Of a DNA stretch of 64,000 nucleotides, positions 58,025 through 64,000 are shown one piece after another. The notes under the pieces were generated by a model. The model saw only the letters and a program-made list of their open reading frames with translations. It was not told the DNA's origin and made no database searches. Numbering within the stretch: the stretch's first letter is position 1; every line of letters starts with the position of its first letter. The stretch is from NCBI GenBank assembly GCA_040285825.1, contig JAUPSS010000007.1, positions 2,020,689 to 2,084,688 of the forward strand, in the 5' to 3' direction. Made by a program: the position numbers and the translations under genes. Source of the DNA: Eukaryota sp. TZLM1-RC (taxonomy: Eukaryota > Protista > Metamonada: BaSk clade).

Positions 58025-58534
58025 GGGGTTTTTAACTGACTCTTCTTTGTATTTTAGTTTTAGGTTTTTATTTTCTTTGATTTAATACTTAGTATTCTGT
58101 AAAAATGTGTATTTTTTTGTCATTTCTGATTCTTTGAACCAAATTTGGAAATCTTTTCAGCAACGTTGCTTCCTCTGTTTGTAAGTATTCAAATCTTCAT
58201 TCAATCTCACAGCATGAGTCCTAATTCAATTCAGTTAGCTCGGTATTAGACTGATAAGGTTGGTGTAGAAGGATATTGTTATAAAAGAACAAAAACTACA
58301 TTCACTGCTTTTCTGCCATTTGTTTTGGCCGTCAAAACGGCAAACTCTGTATGAACGGATATTTTGTAGAATATTTTTAGAAAGGTTCCTTCTGAATTCA
58401 TTATTCTATGCAATTGGCCTGTTCTTCACTGGTACTAAGTCAAAATGGTATCTGTACAGGTTTTCCTCTACTGAGAAGGTGTATTTTTGAATGTCCCTAA
58501 TTTTCAGCACCAGAATTTAAATAGTATCAATAAT

Positions 58535-59260
58535 TATTGAATGTCCCCATTGATCAATTAATATCAAAAGAAAAATGTATTTGTTCGAATTGAACTCAAC
58601 TTACTTTGCGCCATGCTCTGAATTGTTCTTAATTGATAACTTATCGTTCTTCATTACATGATGCTGTTAGAGACACTGTTTTCAATATGGCACGAACTGC
58701 AAAAATATCGTGTATCAAAGAGCCTCTGCTGAAAGCAACACTTTCTCTGAATAATTTTAGTTCTGACGATAGAAGGGGTGTATACTGTGATTGGATTGAT
58801 AACTCTGAAGTTGTTGTTGACTTTGTCTCATGTAAGTTTGCAAAAAACACTTTGGTTCAAAGAAGAAAATTTAGTCCTGTAAAAGCTCTTGAATTTAAAG
58901 CCAAAGAAAAACATAGAAAATATGACAAAGATATCGAAGAATCTAATGCTGATAGAAATAGACCACTTGTTTTTATTGCTTTCCCATTTTCGATAAACGG
59001 AGGACTATCAGTAGAAACAGGAGCTTTTTCGAATGATTTCAAAAAAATGGTTCAAGAAAAACAATGAAAAGATTTGTTATCTTCTTATGGCGCTCTCGAA
59101 TTCAATTTGCTATAATTGATAGATTAGCTCGGTTTTTCAATCGATTTAGAGAAGCTTTAGCTAGACAGCAAGCAGATCAAGATTTTGTAGAGGAAATCTT
59201 GGAATGAATTTCGGCACATTAGTTATGAGTTTATTTTGTTAAATGTGTAAGTTCAATAAA
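58535..59260 (+). mobile_element. 5'-truncated RLE non-LTR family A copy
   Basis: ITYRSSLHDAVRDTVF...RQQADQDFVEEIL, then the 3' UTR. Confidence 0.85.
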
Positions 59261-59524
59261 AGTTCTTATTCCATGCAGCTTTTGAGAATTACTATACTTC
59301 AGATATTTTCACAGCTGAACTCAACATGGACAGCCTTAATTTCGTCTTATGAATCGTTAAGTGTAAACGTTCGATGAAATTAATTGCTGATTTTTAGGGG
59401 CGCATTTTGCACTTTCTAGTGATTAATAGCTTCAACAACCGTTTTTTTTGACACTAGAAGGAGCTCTTAATTTGAAATTACTAAATTTTTGGTTAATTAC
59501 ACTATCAATGTGTGGGAAATTTTC

Positions 59525-60035
59525 TTAAGAATAATAGAGGTGATGTAATATTACTGGATTAGATGGAAGCTTTATTTTATTGGATGTAATGTCTGTTGAT
59601 CCTTGTAATGCCTGAAATGAAAGGCTTGTTAATTCTGAAATGCATAATCCTCTTTCAAATGCTGAAAATTTAATTTCAAAATGAAAAAATACAATGAACC
59701 TTTGTCCAAATTGTCCAGTCAACAGCATGCAAAATACAATTTGTATCCATTTGTATTTTCTCTTTTTGGTTCACTTGCTCCCACGGCTATACGTTTATTG
59801 AAAGATTTTGAAATGATTGAAAAGAGAAGAACAAACAGAAATTTCAACAGATTGTTTTGGTAAAATAGAATTCTGTTTTCTATTTTTAAGGGGATGTTAA
59901 AGATGGTTTCTCATGCTTTGCTTTCTCTTGCATCTCATTATGAGAGAGTTGCATCTAGTGTTTTTGTTTTGGGAGAGATGGATTATTTACCTGTTGATTT
60001 ATAGGTTTTTAATGAAATTAATAATCTAATAAATT
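59525..60035 (+). mobile_element. 3' fragment of the RLE non-LTR family seen at 24200-26300
   Basis: aagaataatagaggtgatg... matches 25859 onward; ends EMDYLPVDL*. Confidence 0.82.
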
Positions 60036-60104
60036 ACTTGAAAAAAATGTGTTGGAAATTCCCATAAATACAAAATCTATTTTCGTGTGGAATAATTACC
60101 AAAA

Positions 60105-60470
60105 CTATCTACTACACAGATACTGAGGCCTTTCATTACCGCTCATCCTCGCTTCAGCAATTGCAAACATATTCAGACAAGCCAGCTTATTTCCATTGAA
60201 AAGCTTTGGTGAGCCTTTGTTACTGAGTTTGCAACTCTGACTGTTACAAGCTAATAAACCATGACATGTAGTAACAGGAATCTTTTCTCTTCTATAGAAT
60301 CTGGGATTTGTTACTCTCAAAAACGTAGCAACCTTTTCAAAAACAAACAGCACATTTTGCTGAAGTGAAAGCTTCATTAATCATCAATACTTCAAATCCC
60401 TTTCTTTTCAGAAATTGAATCCATCCAATGCCTCTAGTAGGTCTCTGATGTTTCAAATTCTTAGTATACT
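60105..60470 (-). pseudogene. C-terminal remnant of a third Fanzor1, locus C
   Basis: KHQRPTRGIGWIQFLKRKGFEVLMINEAFTSAKCAVC, frameshift, then FLRVTNPRFYRREKIPVTTCHGLLACNSQSC...LFNGNKLACLNM...GNERPQYLCSR. The RuvC-III NRD is degraded to NGN. Confidence 0.85.
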
Positions 60471-60553
60471 TTTTTTTCTTCCTTCCTTTACATAAAACCG
60501 TTTAAATTAAATCCTGGCACAATTGTGATCATTGCTTCAATTCCTTTTTGTTG

Positions 60554-61035
60554 ATGCCTGAATCAGTTTCTGATTCCAATGGAGTCAAAAGAAAGAATGA
60601 TAGACAACATGATGCTCAAGACGTCCTTTCCACCTCTCCTCCTCAACCTCTTCTCTCTTCAATTTTGGACAAAAAAATTTGTGATGAGGAAATTTTAGAA
60701 AATCATGATGAAAATAAAGTTTGTTCAAAAACGAAGACACGCTCTTACAGATGCTCAAAGTGTCGACAACAAGGACATAATGCTCGAACATGCCCCAACG
60801 GTGGAAAAAATGATGTGACAAATTCTGAAACGAAATGTAAAAGAAAATTTATTGGAAGAACAGAGTCTAAGGTAAGACCAAGAAATGATCCTCCACAAGT
60901 TGTTGCAAAACCAGTTAACAATCGAATCAAGCACAAAGTTTGCAACAATTGTGGTGTTTCTTTTAGGAATAATGCAAAAGGTAAAACGGCTGGTCGATGC
61001 TTGAAATGCCGAATAGTTGATAATTATCATTTTTT
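60554..61035 (+). CDS. Zinc-knuckle protein fragment cut by an LTR insertion; possibly transposon-derived
   Basis: RCSKCRQQGHNARTC (CCHC) and CNNC..CLKC; the ORF runs into the LTR at 61036. Confidence 0.45.
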
Positions 61036-61363
61036 TGTTGCCTTAGGTTGCAAAAGTGGTTGAGATAAAGATAATTTATTTTCTATTCATATTATAAAAG
61101 CCTAAGGGCGCCAACACTGCTTCTTCCCCTTTTTCAAAGTTAATAGGCTTATATAAATATGAACTAAACTATAACAAATAACTAAATAACTACAAATAAT
61201 CTAAACTAATCTAAACTAAGAATTAGCATCACTTCCTAATTCTAGTACTGCGTCTAGGCCTCTTGTAAGGCGTAGAGTTATTGGAGGTACTTCTACGTTG
61301 ACTAGTAGTACGTTTTCCAATTTTCTTGTTATTCCTACTGAACAACCTGTAAGCAGTTGAATG
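61036..61363 (-). mobile_element. 3' end of an LTR element: 81-bp LTR (61036-61116), PPT and basic pol C-terminus
   Basis: Reverse complement of 61364-61444 with 1 mismatch. PPT aaaaaggggaagaagcag; tail ...TAYRLFSRNNKKIGKR...RRSTRIRK*. Confidence 0.88.
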
Positions 61364-64000
61364 TGTTGGCGCCCTAAGGCTTTTATAATATGAATAGAAA
61401 ATAAATTATCTTTATCTCAACCACTTTTGCAACCTAAGGCAACAATAATTATTGGCCGTATTAGGTTATAGGTATACCGTTTACACAACTCACAGCTATC
61501 AAACAGAGGATATCTTCAGCAGATATCATGTCAGTCTCTCCTCGCCAGGACACTGACTCCAGCCAAATTTTTTACATTAGACAGATGCAACAGTACGACA
61601 GAGATGCTTTGAGCATACATACAACATCAGTAGGGACTGAAGAGTCAAATAAAGAAGAGGACTCGGGCTCGAGACCACCCTCCGCCCCTCCTCATGAGGA
61701 AGATATGGAACCAGGCACGGAACCACCTCCCGCCTCTTCCATGTCCAACAAACCAGATAAGGTTTCAGGAACGGGACCACCCCCCTCCTCACCTAAAGAA
61801 AATGTTGGGTTAAGCTCGGATACTTCGTCTGCCCTAAAGGACTACGAAGAACTCCAGTCCGTTTTAGAAGAAATGGACGACGATGAAAAAGAGCTTCGCC
61901 AACAGATAATGAAGGACGCGGAAGCTCACCTTGAACCAACAGATTACTGTCTGTTCGAGCAGCTCCCTCCCCTTTGGAAACAAATATCAAAATCTGGTAG
62001 AAATGTGGGATTCCAGACTCTGGGCCATAAAGGGGACCCTAATAGAGTCTACGAATTCCCTCAAAATGAGAGAAGAGAACTCATTAACGCGTTGGACACT
62101 TTGAGTAGAGAGACCTATGGACGCGGGGCAGAACGCCGTCCTAGGATAACCGGTATGGACAGAGAGATCCATGTGATTCTGGCAAAACCTATCAAAGATA
62201 GGCCTGATTGGGAAGCCATTCATTTAGATCAGTTCGGGAGAAGGATCAGGTTCTTAGCCATCGAACGAAGGAGCAGAACCGATACCGACGACATCCTGGA
62301 AACCAAATTACCGGCATGGATGGACTCGTACTTTGATACGATCATCCATAACTACTCAGAGGTAGAGGATGGGGCTCCTACTTGTTTCAGAGAATACATG
62401 GAACAAGCAGACAGCACAAATCCAAGTAAGTTGGATCCCGTCAGTGACTTCTTTGACGCGGACGCCCTAAATAATATACTTACGGAACGTTCAAGCGTAT
62501 CCACATTTAGGAGCCGCCCAAATAACTTCATTCAGCAATTCGGGGAATCAACGACAAGGAAGAAGAAGTTCAGGTTCTTGGTCACGGGTGATCAATCAAC
62601 AGAGCTCCACCAGAGACCTAAACTTCCTATAATTGCCCCCATTATATCTGAAAAAGAGCAACCGGTACAAGTCTGTTCCATTGACGTACTCCCTGATCAC
62701 ATCCCAACAGTAGATGTGACAGAACGAGCAAACAGACCTACCAGAGTGGTTCAGGGACCATCAAGTCCCTCCCAACCCATGCTCACTAGCGCATCAGAAG
62801 ACGAAGTCGAGTTGAGAGGACCTAGTTTAGATGAAACACCTCCTCCTCAACCTTCTCGTAGAAGAGTTACTTCTGAGGAGCCTCTCCGTTTGGAAGACCT
62901 CCAAGCTTCTAGAAATATTTTGGATATGAGTATAGCGAGTAGTCTTCAGAGACATGTGGACTCTCAGCCTAGGTCAGCTGAATACAAAGCTCCTCACCTA
63001 TCTGAGAAAGACCCACTCAACAAGATGTCTCTCGTCTCCTTCCTCCTCAAATTCCAAACATGGGACAAATACGGGCGCAAGATAGCCAATCGAAGCTTTC
63101 AAGCCCCTGGTCAATCTGATTGGTCTCGTGCTATGTTGATAGCAACCCAAATATTTGGCGAAGGAAAGACCCAGATTACCCCTGAGTTGTTATCATCACT
63201 CCCATCTCACATCAGAGAAGAAATAGACAGGGGCATGAAACATCCACTCTTAAGGATCGACCCAGAACTGACGAAACGTTTGGGACCTCCTATCCATCAT
63301 TATGACTTATTCAGAAGTATGATGATAAGTACTTGTCCATCCGGCTTATCAAGCATGGTCGACCCCCATCTCATCTCTAGATGGCAAGGCCAAGGACTTC
63401 TAAGACCGGACTTCTCAGACGCTGACTTAATGGTTTTTCTGCTACGCAGGACACAATTTACCTCATATCACGAGGCTTGCTCCGCCCTAGCGAAACCTTG
63501 TATTAATTGGAGAAACATCCACAACAAAGTGGATGCGGACAACGAATTTGGTAGGTTCGTCGAAGATTTTGGAGACGTCCTGAGGATGACTACCTATATG
63601 GTTGATCACTCCATATCTGCATCAATTAGGGGAAGCAGCGGTTTAATAACCCTCTCACCCGCCCTTATTGCAGAATATTTTCTCTTGGGTATAGATAATT
63701 TTGCCATTACCAAGGAGCTGGCAAGCCATTGGACAAGAGAAGATTTATGGGACCCTTCAACAGGTAAAACTTTGTTAGACCTGATTTCGACCACCAGGAG
63801 ACACTTTCTAGCTTGGTGCCAAACAACAGGAAATAGGCACACCATGGAACTTTTGAGAAAACAAGCTGAAAGAGAAGAAGACATCCCATTAGGCCTTTCG
63901 ACCATGAGAACGTTCTCTAGAGGAGCAACCCCATCTGGTCCAGGTACTAAACGTCGCTCGGGAGGCGGATTCAAAGGAACTCCCCAAAACAAATATGTCC
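61364..64000 (+). mobile_element. LTR retrotransposon (81-bp 5' LTR 61364-61444) continuing past the window end
   Basis: TG..CA LTR followed by ataattattggcc and an open gag frame. Confidence 0.9.
61528..64000 (+). CDS. Large Gag-like ORF, at least 824 codons, open to the window end (absent from the ORF track)
   Basis: Hand translation shows no stop. Homologous to the 27-29.6 kb Gag: EPTD, GR.AERR, IDP....GPPIH.YDLFRS, RR.QF.S.H.A and FGD.LRM.TY. Confidence 0.88.
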   Translation, partial: MSVSPRQDTDSSQIFYIRQMQQYDRDALSIHTTSVGTEESNKEEDSGSRPPSAPPHEEDMEPGTEPPPASSMSNKPDKVSGTGPPPSSPKENVGLSSDTSSALKDYEELQSVLEEMDDDEKELRQQIMKDAEAHLEPTDYCLFEQLPPLWKQISKSGRNVGFQTLGHKGDPNRVYEFPQNERRELINALDTLSRETYGRGAERRPRITGMDREIHVILAKPIKDRPDWEAIHLDQFGRRIRFLAIERRSRTDTDDILETKLPAWMDSYFDTIIHNYSEVEDGAPTCFREYMEQADSTNPSKLDPVSDFFDADALNNILTERSSVSTFRSRPNNFIQQFGESTTRKKKFRFLVTGDQSTELHQRPKLPIIAPIISEKEQPVQVCSIDVLPDHIPTVDVTERANRPTRVVQGPSSPSQPMLTSASEDEVELRGPSLDETPPPQPSRRRVTSEEPLRLEDLQASRNILDMSIASSLQRHVDSQPRSAEYKAPHLSEKDPLNKMSLVSFLLKFQTWDKYGRKIANRSFQAPGQSDWSRAMLIATQIFGEGKTQITPELLSSLPSHIREEIDRGMKHPLLRIDPELTKRLGPPIHHYDLFRSMMISTCPSGLSSMVDPHLISRWQGQGLLRPDFSDADLMVFLLRRTQFTSYHEACSALAKPCINWRNIHNKVDADNEFGRFVEDFGDVLRMTTYMVDHSISASIRGSSGLITLSPALIAEYFLLGIDNFAITKELASHWTREDLWDPSTGKTLLDLISTTRRHFLAWCQTTGNRHTMELLRKQAEREEDIPLGLSTMRTFSRGATPSGPGTKRRSGGGFKGTPQNKYV

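Noticed and set aside
60040-60104. omegaRNA downstream of Fanzor locus C
   Set aside because: Only weak AT-rich pairing, and a retroelement tail abuts the region.

Overview
AT-rich, gene-dense, intron-poor eukaryotic DNA using the standard genetic code. It is probably from a flagellated protist: DAW1/ODA16 and a FAM183-like gene are present, with a ~29-nt intron and tiny intergenic spacers. The lineage cannot be fixed from sequence alone. Host genes are a bacterial-like P-type cation ATPase present as a ~2.9-kb inverted duplication, ISWI, DAW1, a CDF zinc transporter, a CARMIL-like LRR protein, PAN2, ITPK1, an ATG18/WIPI PROPPIN, CIAO2/MIP18 and a few hypotheticals. Much of the rest is mobile DNA. 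It includes many 5'-truncated non-LTR retroelements with restriction-like endonuclease (CRE-like, about 6 families) and a Mutator-like derivative with TIRs and a 9-bp TSD. It also includes Ty3/Gypsy chromovirus-like elements with very short LTRs (78-127 bp), a ~900-aa Gag and no tRNA-type primer-binding site. The most notable signal, hidden by frameshifts in the ORF track, is three divergent, decayed Fanzor1 loci (eukaryotic TnpB-derived RNA-guided nucleases) at ~41-43.5 kb (+), ~54.5-56.9 kb (+) and ~60.1-60.5 kb (-). Two of them are followed by structured regions with GAAA-capped hairpins and possible pseudoknots, which are candidate omegaRNAs.
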